64,000 nt of DNA. Source: Akkermansiaceae bacterium (GTDB lineage Bacteria; Verrucomicrobiota; Verrucomicrobiia; Verrucomicrobiales; Akkermansiaceae). The notes beneath the pieces were generated by a model. It worked only from the letters and a program-made list of their open reading frames with translations. It was not told the DNA's origin and did not search any database. Made by a program: the position numbers and the translations under genes. The DNA lies in assembly GCA_043716765.1 (NCBI GenBank), contig JAYSYA010000274.1, forward strand, positions 3,082-67,081, given 5' to 3'. Position 1 is the first letter of the stretch, and each line of letters starts with the position of its first letter. Of this stretch, positions 38,108 through 47,584 are shown piece by piece.

Positions 38108-38202
38108 GGAGGGGTGAGGTTCCGTCGACCCGGGCTGACCAAAGGTCAACCCTCCTTAAAGGCTCGGCTTGCCCACGGACCGGTTTCCCGCCATGCAGCG
38201 GC

Positions 38203-38751
38203 ATGCCCATCGTGCTCGCCTCCTCATCTCCCCGCCGCCGTGAATTGCTGGAGCAGGCGGGGGTGCGTTTCGAGGTGGTGGCTTCCCCGGCGGAGGAGAT
38301 CCACGATGCGGCGATGCAGCCGGATTTGCTGTGCGAGTTGAACGCGACTTTAAAAGCCGCAGCCGTAGCAGTCTCGCGGCCCGACGCGACAGTGATCGGC
38401 TCGGACACGCTGGTATTCATCGACGATCTGCCGCTGGGAAAACCCGTGGATTTGGAGGAGGCGCGCGGGATGTTGCGGCGTCTATCCGGCCGCACGCACC
38501 GGGTCTGCACCGGCGTCTGCATCATCTATCCAGGCGGCGAGAAAAAGGTATTTCACGACACCACGGAGGTCACGTTCCTAACGCTCGACGACGCGGCGAT
38601 CGAGGACTACTTCGCGCTCGTCAACCCGCTGGACAAGGCCGGGGCTTATGGCATCCAGGAGTCCGGCGAGCGGATCATCGCCGGGATTCGCGGGAATTTC
38701 GACAACGTGATGGGCCTGCCAGTGGCCAAGGTGATTGCGGCGCTGGGATGA
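38203..38751 (+). CDS. maf: Maf family nucleoside triphosphate pyrophosphatase
   Basis: LASSSPRRRELL, IGSDT, GKP, DKAGAYGIQ, NVMGLP. Confidence 0.93.
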   Translation: MPIVLASSSPRRRELLEQAGVRFEVVASPAEEIHDAAMQPDLLCELNATLKAAAVAVSRPDATVIGSDTLVFIDDLPLGKPVDLEEARGMLRRLSGRTHRVCTGVCIIYPGGEKKVFHDTTEVTFLTLDDAAIEDYFALVNPLDKAGAYGIQESGERIIAGIRGNFDNVMGLPVAKVIAALG

Positions 38752-39758
38752 ATCGGATTGCGCGGCCGCAGACCATGGGCGAAGAATTCAGCATGCAGTC
38801 GCCGCACCGGTATCCGGTCATTTTCAATCCCAAGGCCCGCAGCCAAAAGGGTGGGCGGGTGCTGCGCTTCATCGAGAGTCACGCGGACCGCCTCGCGTTG
38901 CACCCGACGCATCACGCCGGGGAAGCGCGTGAAATCGCGGCCCGCTTCGCTGCGGCGGGCGAGCCGGTGATCATCGTCGCCGGCGGCGACGGCACGCTGA
39001 ACGAGGTGGTCAACGGGTTGGCCGGATCGCGGACGGTGCTGGGGGTTTTGCCCGCGGGCACGATGAATGTTTTTGCCCGGGAGATGGGCATTCCGTTTGA
39101 TTCGCTGGAGCGGGCGTTCCAGGTGATTGAGCGCGGCTTCATCCAAGAAGTGGATTTGTTCGAGGCTAACGGCGCGCCGTTCGTGCAGATGGCGGGCGTG
39201 GGATTCGACGCGATGGTCATTGAGGAAACGACGTGGGAGGCGAAGAAAATGTTAGGTCCGCTCGCCTATCTGTTGGCGGGGATAAAGGTGCTGGGCGAGA
39301 CCCCGCCGAAGCTGGAGGTGATTCTGCCAGACGGCCGGCGCGAGGAGGGCGTGGCGGTGCTTGCCGGGAACGGCGCGCTATACGGCGGGCCGTTCAAATT
39401 TTTCCGCAACGCGAACAACCACGACTCGAAGCTCGAGGTGCTCGTTTACAAGGAGGCGGGCTATCGGATTGTGCTGGATTCGCTGCGCGGGCTGGCTTTC
39501 GGGGGCATCGATCTGATGGCATCGACGAGTTATTTCCAAGCGCGGGAATTCGTCGTCAAGGCGGAGTGCGGAGTGCCGGTGGAGGTGGATGGCGAGTGGC
39601 TCGGCCGATTTTCCGAGACCCGGTTCGCGGAGTCGGTCAACCGGCTGCGGGTGATCGCGCCGGAGGTACCGCTGGCGGGCGGCTTCGCGGATTCGGTGAA
39701 GTCCTTGCTGCAATGGCCACGCAGGCCGGTGGAACTTCAAACCACGCGCAGCCGATGA
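38748..39758 (+). CDS. Diacylglycerol/lipid kinase family protein (YegS/DagK-like)
   Basis: IFNPKA, AGGDGTLNEV, PAGTMN, AGVGFDA, VEVDGE. Start at ATG 38748 or 38793. Confidence 0.88.
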   Translation: MNRIARPQTMGEEFSMQSPHRYPVIFNPKARSQKGGRVLRFIESHADRLALHPTHHAGEAREIAARFAAAGEPVIIVAGGDGTLNEVVNGLAGSRTVLGVLPAGTMNVFAREMGIPFDSLERAFQVIERGFIQEVDLFEANGAPFVQMAGVGFDAMVIEETTWEAKKMLGPLAYLLAGIKVLGETPPKLEVILPDGRREEGVAVLAGNGALYGGPFKFFRNANNHDSKLEVLVYKEAGYRIVLDSLRGLAFGGIDLMASTSYFQAREFVVKAECGVPVEVDGEWLGRFSETRFAESVNRLRVIAPEVPLAGGFADSVKSLLQWPRRPVELQTTRSR

Positions 39759-40423
39759 AGGCTGAGGGAAAGGGAACTCTCCGGCAGTGGTCGCGGCGCT
39801 TGGCGCTATTTTTGCTGGCGCTGGTCCTGAGTGTTTTCGGGGTGGTGGGCTACGCGAATGTCACGGCGGTGTGGGCGTCCCGCGGCCGGCTTTTCACCGA
39901 GGTCGCGGAACTCCCTGCGGCGAAGGTGGGTTTGGTGTTCGGCACGACCGACCGGGTGAACGGGCGGGAAAACTTGTATTTCCGCTACCGGATCGACGCG
40001 GCGGTGCGGGTTTGGAAATCTGGTAAGCTGGAGACGTTGATCGTCTCGGGCGACAATCGGTCCCGCTATTATAACGAGCCGGAGAAGATGAAGCAGGCGC
40101 TGATTGAGCGCGGGATTCCCGGGGACCGAATCGTGTGTGACTTCGCGGGCTTGCGGACGTTGGATTCGGTGGTGCGGGCGAAGGAAATTTTCGGCGCGGA
40201 TTCGATGTTGTTTATTAGCCAGCGCTTCCAGAACGAGCGGGCGATCTATCTTGCGCAGGCGAACGGCATCAAGGCTTACGGTTTCAACGCCCGCGATGTC
40301 GAAACCCAAGCGGGCTGGAAAACCCGGCTCCGCGAGGTGGGCGCGCGGGTGAAAATGTGGCTGGACGTGAATTTCCTCAACACCCGGCCGAGTCATCTCG
40401 GGGAAAAGATCGAGCTGCCGTGA
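39755..40423 (+). CDS. SanA/YdcF (ElyC-like, DUF218) protein
   Basis: N-terminal TM; VSGDN, YNEP, DFAGLRTLDS, SQRFQNERA. Confidence 0.88.
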   Translation: MKAEGKGTLRQWSRRLALFLLALVLSVFGVVGYANVTAVWASRGRLFTEVAELPAAKVGLVFGTTDRVNGRENLYFRYRIDAAVRVWKSGKLETLIVSGDNRSRYYNEPEKMKQALIERGIPGDRIVCDFAGLRTLDSVVRAKEIFGADSMLFISQRFQNERAIYLAQANGIKAYGFNARDVETQAGWKTRLREVGARVKMWLDVNFLNTRPSHLGEKIELP

Positions 40424-40431
40424 GGGGCTAC

Positions 40432-40588
40432 CCGGAGTGCGGCACGCTCTGCTGCCGCCGGCGGGGGATGGAAGCTCTGCTCCATGGGGTGCGGAGCTCT
40501 TTCTCTTTACGGCGCATGAAGAGGCTCCGCACCGCATTTGGCAGAGCCGGAGCTGCCGTGGGCGCGAGCAGAGCGTCGCGCACTCCGG
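40432..40588. repeat. REP doublet / REPIN-like hairpin (157 bp)
   Basis: Outer inverted repeat CCGGAGTGCGGCACGCTCTGCT (40432-40453) vs AGCAGAGCGTCGCGCACTCCGG (40567-40588), 20/22 complementary; nested inner GTGCGGAGC/GCTCCGCAC pair. Confidence 0.75.
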
Positions 40589-40775
40589 TCACCAATCATC
40601 ACTGGCCAACAAACGGGTTTCCATGAAATTGTGCCAGACTTTCACACCCGGTGTTGCATCCTGCTGGTTCGCCCATTTCGCCGAAATTGAATGCACTTTT
40701 CTCAACATCGCCCTAAATGATTCCGCCCCTTCTTTCGGAGCCTCCGCCATGAAATGATAGTGATTCGAAAAGGGA
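40589..40775 (-). mobile_element. Remnant of a REP-associated tyrosine (Y1/HUH) transposase
   Basis: FSNHYHFMAEAPKEGAESFRAMLRKVHS...NQQDATPGVKVWHNF.ETRL. The HUH motif is present; the catalytic-Tyr region is missing. Confidence 0.7.
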
Positions 40776-40974
40776 TTTTCCCGCGAACAGGGTGTCCGGC
40801 GCTTGTTTTTTCCACACGAGGCGGATGTCTTCAGCTTCGCGGTCGGGCCGTGCCGGGTATTCGGTTTTCCAAACCGGAGGGCTGCGTGGAATCCTCCGCC
40901 TAGGAGAGAGGGGTATGCTGAAGTCGCGCCTCGGGGCGGCGGCTTTGACAAAAAAGGGATGGCGCGGGAGCGGG

Positions 40975-41150
40975 TCATATTGGCCAGGATTGCTCGGTGA
41001 AGCTGAAAATACGGCGCGGCTCGCGGTTGCCGATGAGAGTGGGACGCTTGCGGTAATCATACGCCTCGCGGCGCAGGCGAACCGGCAATGATTGCCGGAC
41101 TGAGGCGCAGTCGCGCTGCTGCGGTGCGGATGTCAGCGGCATAGTGCAGC
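40975..41150 (-). pseudogene. Possible C-terminal fragment of an HTH/ImmA (HigA-like) protein
   Basis: IRTAAARLRLSPAIIAG, then in a shifted frame RLRREAYDYRKRPTLIGNREPRRIF. Resemblance from memory only. Confidence 0.3.
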
Positions 41151-41344
41151 CAATGAATCGTGCGAAGCCATCTCCCCACCGGACGACTCATTTAGCGCCC
41201 TGGGCCATGCGTGTTCCCATCGATTTCCCTCGCCGCCGCTCCTTGGCTAATCCGGCAAAAAGTCACAACGCATTGTAGTTTTTTCTACGTTTACCAACGC
41301 CCCATCCCGCGCCTCACCGCCGCGCACCGCGACTTCCTGCCCCT

Positions 41345-41636
41345 CGCTGAGTTGGAGAAAACCGTCAAACTTGATTCCGGTTACGCCCGCGCCTGGTATA
41401 ACCTCGGCCTCGCCCGCAACGGCATGGGCCAGCAACAAGAAGCTATCACAGCACTGCTCCAAGGCGAAGCCGCCGATCCTAACGACTCCGCGATCCCTTG
41501 CGCCCGCGCCACCATCCACGCGCGGCTCGGCCAGCGAAATGAAGCCCTCGCCGCCGCCACCCTCGCCCTCCAGCTCCGCTCGGATTTCACCGAGGCGATG
41601 CAACTCATCCAAGCGCTTTCCCGCCCATCGCGCTGA
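41345..41636 (+). pseudogene. C-terminal TPR fragment
   Basis: LEKTVKLDSGYARAWYNLGLA...ADPND..ARATIHARLGQ..EA TPR repeats, with no plausible native start. Confidence 0.6.
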
Positions 41637-41673
41637 GCGTGATCCGACTGTTTCAGTCAGGTGACAGCGCTGC

Positions 41674-41940
41674 TCACTCTTCCTCGAACTTACGGCTGAT
41701 GAGGTCGCCGAGCGCTTCGAGCGCGGCGTCGGCATCGGAACCATCCGCGCTGATCGAAATGACCGAGCCGTTGCCGGCGGCAAGCATCATAAGGCCCATG
41801 ATGCTCTTGCCATCGACTTCCTCGCCATCTTTTTCAACGAAAATGTCGGACTGGAAGCGGTTGGCCGTTTTGACGAATTGCGCGGCGGGGCGAGCGTGGA
41901 TGCCGAGCTTGTTGAGAATGGTGTAGTCTTTTTGGGCCAT
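41674..41940 (-). CDS. ptsH: HPr phosphocarrier protein
   Basis: GIHARPAA (His15), VDGKSIMGLM (Ser46). Confidence 0.95.
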   Translation of the reverse strand: MAQKDYTILNKLGIHARPAAQFVKTANRFQSDIFVEKDGEEVDGKSIMGLMMLAAGNGSVISISADGSDADAALEALGDLISRKFEEE

Positions 41941-42098
41941 GGGAAAAGGCTTGCGCCGGGCGGAATGTAGAAAGGGAACCGGGCGGCTCCAAGGTAAAAG
42001 TTACGGAACAATTTGCTGCCATCCGAGCCCGGAAAAACAAAGAGCCAGCCCGCGTTTTCACGGACTGGCTCTTTCAGAAAACGGATCTTTGCGGCGCT

Positions 42099-42341
42099 TT
42101 ACGGCAGCAGGTTGATCGCGCGGGATTGCTTGATCGCGTTGTTAATCTTGCGATGCAGCTTGGCGGAAACTCCGGTGACGCGGCGCGGAAGAATTTTCCC
42201 GGTTTCGGTCGTGAATTTGGTAAGAAGCTCCGGGTTGGTGGCGACGACTTGATCGGCCGGAATGTCATGACGGCGACGCGTCATCCGACGGTTCGCCTTA
42301 CGGAAGTTGATACGGCGCTGAATTGTTTTTGGCTCGGACAT
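42099..42341 (-). CDS. rpsR: 30S ribosomal protein S18
   Basis: [19 protein letters not shown]...[12 protein letters not shown]. Confidence 0.93.
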   Translation of the reverse strand: MSEPKTIQRRINFRKANRRMTRRRHDIPADQVVATNPELLTKFTTETGKILPRRVTGVSAKLHRKINNAIKQSRAINLLP

Positions 42342-42364
42342 GGGAAATGGGGCGGAGTGCGCGG

Positions 42365-42538
42365 TTAGCGGAGTTCGCGGTGGAGAGTGCGGCGCTTGAG
42401 GAAGTGATTGAATTTCACTTTCTCGAGGCGACCTGGCGTGCGGAGGCTCTTCTTGTTACGCGTGGTGACGTAACGTGAGGTCGGCTTGCCCTCGGCTTTC
42501 GCTTCGGTGCATTCTAGGATGATAATCTCGCGTGGCAT
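42365..42538 (-). CDS. rpmG: 50S ribosomal protein L33 (57 aa, not in the ORF track)
   Basis: [57 protein letters not shown]. Confidence 0.95.
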   Translation of the reverse strand: MPREIIILECTEAKAEGKPTSRYVTTRNKKSLRTPGRLEKVKFNHFLKRRTLHRELR

Positions 42539-42562
42539 GACTGGTGGGGCGCGGACTTTGCT

Positions 42563-43585
42563 TTAATCGTCGTCCTCGTCAAGAGAAACCGTTTCAGAAT
42601 CTTCATCTTCGGCATATTTGCCTCCGCTGAAGCCGACTTCGTTGGATGGACGGAAGCGGCGGTTGCCATATTCCTTCTCCCACTGGCCTTGGCATTCGAC
42701 CGTCAGACGGGCGAACGGGATGGCTTCGAGGCGGGCTTGGGGAATCTTGCGGGCGGACATTTCGCAAATGCCGTAGGATCCCTGCTTGATCCGATAAAGC
42801 GCCTGCTCGATTTCATAGAGCGCGTCCTGCTCCTTCGCGAGCACGGAGAGGGCAAAGTCGCGGTCGTAGGCATCGCTGCCGGCATCGCCTTGATGCTGGC
42901 CGCTGCCGGATGCTTCGGACCCTTCCGGCGCATTGCGGATGGTATCGCGGGCCATGCCGGAAACAGCGTCCACGAGGTCGTCGCGGAGATCGAGGAGACG
43001 CTGGCGTTGCTTCTGGACGAAGGCAACGCTGTGAGTGCCGTTGCTGCCGGGAGTGACCGGACCGTCTGAATGAGTCGGCGCTGCCTTGGGTGGCACGAAG
43101 GGCGGTCTAACCGGCGCGGGTGGCGCGGGGAAATCAACGACGGAAGAGCGGGGTTTGGTGACAGGCACTTTTTTCGCGGGGGACGCCTTGACCTGAGCCT
43201 CGACCTTGACCGGCTCAACCGTCACGGCTTTTGGAGTTTTCGCTGGCTTGGCGATCTCCTTCGCAGGCGGGGAAACTTTGTTGACCAGCTTTTCGACAAC
43301 CTTTTTTTCCACAGACGCCGCTTTTTCCACAGGCAACGCTTTTTGAGCAGCCACTGTTTTCTTCACAAACACCGCTTTTTTAACAGGCATCGCTTTCTTA
43401 ACAGTTGGAGCCGTAGCTCCTTTTTTCACGGTCTTCGGAGCAGCTTTCTTCACCGCAGGCGCAGGTTTCTGGGCCGCTTTAGCCAGAGGCTTTTTAGCCG
43501 CCGGTAGCGGCTTCGAGGGCTTGACTGCGGGCTTCGCTTTCCCCTTATGGGGAGCAGGTTTGGGAGTGGTTTTCTTCGCGGCCAT
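42563..43585 (-). CDS. DksA/TraR family transcription factor with long Lys/Ala/Pro-rich N-terminus
   Basis: Coiled coil with DAGSDAYD tip; YGICEMSARKIPQARLEAIPFARLTVECQ. Confidence 0.88.
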   Translation of the reverse strand: MAAKKTTPKPAPHKGKAKPAVKPSKPLPAAKKPLAKAAQKPAPAVKKAAPKTVKKGATAPTVKKAMPVKKAVFVKKTVAAQKALPVEKAASVEKKVVEKLVNKVSPPAKEIAKPAKTPKAVTVEPVKVEAQVKASPAKKVPVTKPRSSVVDFPAPPAPVRPPFVPPKAAPTHSDGPVTPGSNGTHSVAFVQKQRQRLLDLRDDLVDAVSGMARDTIRNAPEGSEASGSGQHQGDAGSDAYDRDFALSVLAKEQDALYEIEQALYRIKQGSYGICEMSARKIPQARLEAIPFARLTVECQGQWEKEYGNRRFRPSNEVGFSGGKYAEDEDSETVSLDEDDD

Positions 43586-43790
43586 GGCGCAGAGATGAGG
43601 ATGCGGGTGATAGAAAAATTCGCCGCACTACCCGAAATGGAATTTCGGTGACGTGACGAGCGCGGTGGGTTAGCCCGTGATCTACACTCCAGCAAGCGGA
43701 AACTTCATGCCCTGCCAAAATAAGTGATTCGTCAGGTTTTAGGCGGGAGACTTGAAATGCCTGCGCGGGTCACTAAGGTGCGGCCCCGCC

Positions 43791-44513
43791 ATGCAGCTCA
43801 GCGCCATCGTCGAAGCCCTTCTCATCGCCTCTCAAAATCCGCTCCCCTCCGAGGAAATTGCCCGGTTGGTGCGCGCCCGCGCGGCGGAGGCGGAAGACGT
43901 CAAAATTCGCGAGACCGAGGAGGGCAAAGAATCCCCTGCCCTGCCGGATTGGCTAGTCGTCCTCACCGTGACGTCCGCGGAAAAAGTCACCGAAGCCATC
44001 GCCGAGCTGAACCAAGCCTATCAGGAAGGCCAGCGCGCCTTCACCATCATCGAGCGCCCAAAGGGCTGGAAAGTCTTCACCCGTATCGAATACGGCGAAT
44101 TCGTCCGCCAGCTTTTCCCCGGCCGCAAACCCGAGCGGATGAGCGGCCCGGCGATGGAGACCCTCGCCATCATCGCCTATCGCCAGCCTATCACCAAGGC
44201 CGCCATCGAAGCCGTCCGCGGCGTGGCTTGCGACGGAATGATCCAAAAACTCCTCGACCGCGACCTGATCCGCATCGGCGGCCGCGCCGAGCTGCCGGGC
44301 CGCCCGCTGCTTTATGAAACGACCGATCTCTTCTTTGAGCACTTCGGCATCCGCTCCATCGACGACCTCCCGAACGCCTCGGAACTCCGCAAGGTGAAAC
44401 TGCCCGAGCCCGAACAAGCGCCGGCACCTGCTGACTCCGAGCAACAACTCGCTTTCGGCGCGGTCGGCGTCCCGGCTGCCGCAGCGGGCGACGAATCCTT
44501 CTCCGAGTCCTAA
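43791..44513 (+). CDS. scpB: SMC-Scp complex subunit ScpB
   Basis: VEALLIAS, AMETLAIIAYRQPITKAAIEAVRGV, GRPLLYETT..FFEHFG...DDLP. Confidence 0.95.
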   Translation: MQLSAIVEALLIASQNPLPSEEIARLVRARAAEAEDVKIRETEEGKESPALPDWLVVLTVTSAEKVTEAIAELNQAYQEGQRAFTIIERPKGWKVFTRIEYGEFVRQLFPGRKPERMSGPAMETLAIIAYRQPITKAAIEAVRGVACDGMIQKLLDRDLIRIGGRAELPGRPLLYETTDLFFEHFGIRSIDDLPNASELRKVKLPEPEQAPAPADSEQQLAFGAVGVPAAAAGDESFSES

Positions 44514-44530
44514 CTTTCCCACTTTTTGCC

Positions 44531-45601
44531 GTGAATCTCGACGACATCCGCAGCCAGATCGATAACATCGATCACGACCTTCTCAACCTTCTCTCCCGCC
44601 GCGCCGACCTCGTCCATGAAGTGGGCGTGGTCAAAAAGCGCGACAACCTGCAAATATACGCGCCCGAGCGTGAGGAAGCACTCCTCCGCCGGCTCATCGA
44701 GATGAACCAAGGCCGCCTGCCGGAGAAATCGATCCGGGCGATTTACCGGGAAATCATGTCCGCCGCGCTCGCGTTGGAAGACAATCTCACCATCGCCTAC
44801 CTCGGCCCGGAAGGGACTTGGACCCACCAGGCCGCGATCAAAAAGTTCGGCCACTCGGTGAACTACTCCGCGCAGCCGAATTTCTCCGACGTCTTCGACC
44901 AAGTCGCCCGCCGCGCCGCAAGCTACGGCGTGGTGCCCATCGAAAATTCCACCGAAGGCGCGGTCTCGCACACGCTCGACTTGTTCGTCGACTCGCCGTT
45001 GCACATTTGCTCGCAGATTTTATTGCGCATCGAAAACGGCTTGATGGCGGCGATTCCACGCTCGGAAATCAAGACGCTCTATTCGCACCCGCAGGTGTTC
45101 GGCCAATGCCGCGCCTGGATTTTGAGAAATTTCCCGGAGGCGGATCTCGTCGAGGTTTCCTCCACCACCAAGGCCGCACAAATCGCTCGCGACCAGTCCG
45201 CCCACGGAGCCGCCGCCCTCGGTGGACCGCTCGCTGCGGAAATGTACGGACTCACGCTGCTTGAAGAATCCATCCAAGACCGCGCCACCAACACGACACG
45301 CTTCCTCGTCATCGGCGAAAAACCCTGCCCAGCCACCGGCAACGACCGCACCTCCATCCTTTTCGCCATCCACGATCGCCCCGGCTCGCTGGTCAAAGCG
45401 CTTCAAGCCTTCGATCAATTCCACATCAACATGTCGAAAATCGAGTCCCGCCCGTCCAAGCGCAAGGACTGGGAATACATCTTCTATGTCGATCTCGCCG
45501 GCCACTGTGACGACGCAAAAGTCGCCGAAGCCCTCGAAGAACTCAGCAAGCACTGCTCGCTCGTCAAACTCCTCGGCTCCTATCCGGACGCCGGGGAATA
45601 A
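44531..45601 (+). CDS. pheA: Chorismate mutase / prephenate dehydratase (P-protein)
   Basis: IRSQIDNID CM domain; YLGPEGT, VPIENSTEG, NTTRFLVIG, DRPGSL ACT, ESRP. Confidence 0.96.
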   Translation: MNLDDIRSQIDNIDHDLLNLLSRRADLVHEVGVVKKRDNLQIYAPEREEALLRRLIEMNQGRLPEKSIRAIYREIMSAALALEDNLTIAYLGPEGTWTHQAAIKKFGHSVNYSAQPNFSDVFDQVARRAASYGVVPIENSTEGAVSHTLDLFVDSPLHICSQILLRIENGLMAAIPRSEIKTLYSHPQVFGQCRAWILRNFPEADLVEVSSTTKAAQIARDQSAHGAAALGGPLAAEMYGLTLLEESIQDRATNTTRFLVIGEKPCPATGNDRTSILFAIHDRPGSLVKALQAFDQFHINMSKIESRPSKRKDWEYIFYVDLAGHCDDAKVAEALEELSKHCSLVKLLGSYPDAGE

Positions 45602-45667
45602 ACTCGCTAAAAATCGATGCATTGCAAGCTAGCCTTCCCGAAATAAAGCTGAGTAGCATCCCGCCGC

Positions 45668-46954
45668 ATGAATGGAACAGTGGAATTGATCATCGATGGC
45701 AAGCCTCTAACGCTGCCGACAATCGTAGGAACTGAGGGGGAAGTCGGCATCGACATCGGCACCCTTCGCAGCAAAACCGGCGCGATCACGCTCGATCCCG
45801 CCTACGGCAACACTGGTGCCTGCAAAAGCGCGATCACCTTTATCGACGGCGAAAAAGGCATTCTCCAATATCGCGGCTACGACATCGCCGAGCTCGCCCA
45901 GAAAAGCACCTTCGTCGAGACCGCCTACCTTCTCATCTACGGCGAACTCCCCACCGCCGCTCAGCTCAGCGAGTTTTCCGGCCTGCTCACGGACAACGAA
46001 ATGCTCCATGAAGGCATGCGCCACCATTTCGAGGGATTCCCGCCCAGCGCCCATCCGATGGCCATCCTTTCCTCAATGATCAACGCGGCGTCCTCCTATC
46101 ACCCGAACCTGATCCACGCCCGGGAAGAGCGCTTCCCTTACCACGCCGCGCGCCTGATTTCGCAGGTCCGCACCATCGCTGCCTTCTCCTACCGCAAGGC
46201 CCAAGGACTGCCTTCCATCTATCCGAAAACCACTCTTAAATACACCGCGAACTTCCTCCACATGATGTTCTCGTATCCGGGTGAAGACTGCGAACTGAAG
46301 CCGGAAATCGTCAAGGCGCTCGACCTCATTTTCCTGCTCCACGCCGACCACGAGCAAAATTGCTCCACCTCCACCGTGCGGATGGTCGCTTCCAGCCGCG
46401 CCAATCTTTTCGCCTCCGCCTCCGCCGGCGTCTGCGCCCTCTGGGGCCCGCTCCACGGCGGTGCCAACCAAGCCGTCCTCGAAATGCTCGAGGAAATTCA
46501 CAAGGAAGGCGACGACGGCACGAAATTCCTCACTGCCGTGAAAAATAAAACTGGCAACCGCAAGTTAATGGGCTTCGGCCACCGCGTTTACAAAAATTTC
46601 GATCCGCGCGCCGTCATCATCAAGGAGCAATGTGACAAGGTGCTCGCCCAACTCCACGTCTCCGATCCGCTGCTCGACATCGCCAAAAAGCTCGAGGAAA
46701 TCGCCCTGCACGACGAATACTTCATCTCCCGGCGACTCTACCCGAACGTCGATTTCTACAGCGGCATCATCATGCGCGCCATCGGCATCCCGATGGACAT
46801 GTTCACCGTGCTGTTTGCCATCGGCCGGATGCCCGGCTGGGTCGCCAATTTCAAGGAAGTCATGGACGACCCGGACAGCCGCATCTCGCGCCCGCGCCAG
46901 ATCTACACGGGAGCAACTCTCCGCTCTTACAAGCCGCTCGCCGAACGCGCCTGA
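45668..46954 (+). CDS. gltA: Citrate synthase
   Basis: [41 protein letters not shown]. Confidence 0.97.
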   Translation: MNGTVELIIDGKPLTLPTIVGTEGEVGIDIGTLRSKTGAITLDPAYGNTGACKSAITFIDGEKGILQYRGYDIAELAQKSTFVETAYLLIYGELPTAAQLSEFSGLLTDNEMLHEGMRHHFEGFPPSAHPMAILSSMINAASSYHPNLIHAREERFPYHAARLISQVRTIAAFSYRKAQGLPSIYPKTTLKYTANFLHMMFSYPGEDCELKPEIVKALDLIFLLHADHEQNCSTSTVRMVASSRANLFASASAGVCALWGPLHGGANQAVLEMLEEIHKEGDDGTKFLTAVKNKTGNRKLMGFGHRVYKNFDPRAVIIKEQCDKVLAQLHVSDPLLDIAKKLEEIALHDEYFISRRLYPNVDFYSGIIMRAIGIPMDMFTVLFAIGRMPGWVANFKEVMDDPDSRISRPRQIYTGATLRSYKPLAERA

Positions 46955-47584
46955 CAGCGCCCTCCTTTTAAAAGACGACGTTTGCGGTGCCCAGCGTAGC
47001 TGGCGCTTCCCGCCGCGATGGAATCTTCTGGGCCACCCCCGCCAGCAGACCCGCTCGATGTTCGACTACATCGAAACTTTGACGCATCTAACGGAATCCA
47101 ATAAATTCGTTGTCGAGGCGTCTCACCCGCCGTCTTTCTGACCGAGAGATGCGACTTTAACAAGTCGGAGGTCGGGCTCCGCTTGGCTTCGGCCCAGCTG
47201 TCGCTTTACCTCGGTATTGCCTCACCACTGCAAGCCGAGTGAATATTCACGCTCCGAAATATCATTGTCTGCTTACCATAAATAGACCTAAATATTAGTA
47301 TGAATTTAAGCTAAATATTCCAGCCCGGCATCGTAATAAATGTTTATTTTGAAGGATAAGTTAAGGATTACGCATTGCGAAAATCGAACCCCATTAATAA
47401 CGTTAGTCGCTGCATTTTATTTATTTATAGCAAAAGGAAAGCCATAAGCGAACAAATTTCTTGAAGTTGTCTGCTAGTGATCGGATAGCTTTTTCGTTGA
47501 ACGTTGAAATATCAATATTCAGCTCCCCCTTAGCGCTTATTAAACCCCTCGGTTATTGCCTTAACTGCTCGTATTATCAATCCG

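Noticed and set aside
38331-38747. N-terminal extensions of the lipid kinase ORF (from 38331) and of the SanA ORF (from 39233)
   Set aside because: They overlap maf and the kinase gene respectively; downstream ATGs (38748/38793 and 39755) give normal-sized proteins with short overlaps.
47040-47141. RSMFDYIET stub resembling an IS3-family integrase C-terminus
   Set aside because: Only about 9 residues of similarity, with no terminal inverted repeat or further transposase sequence.
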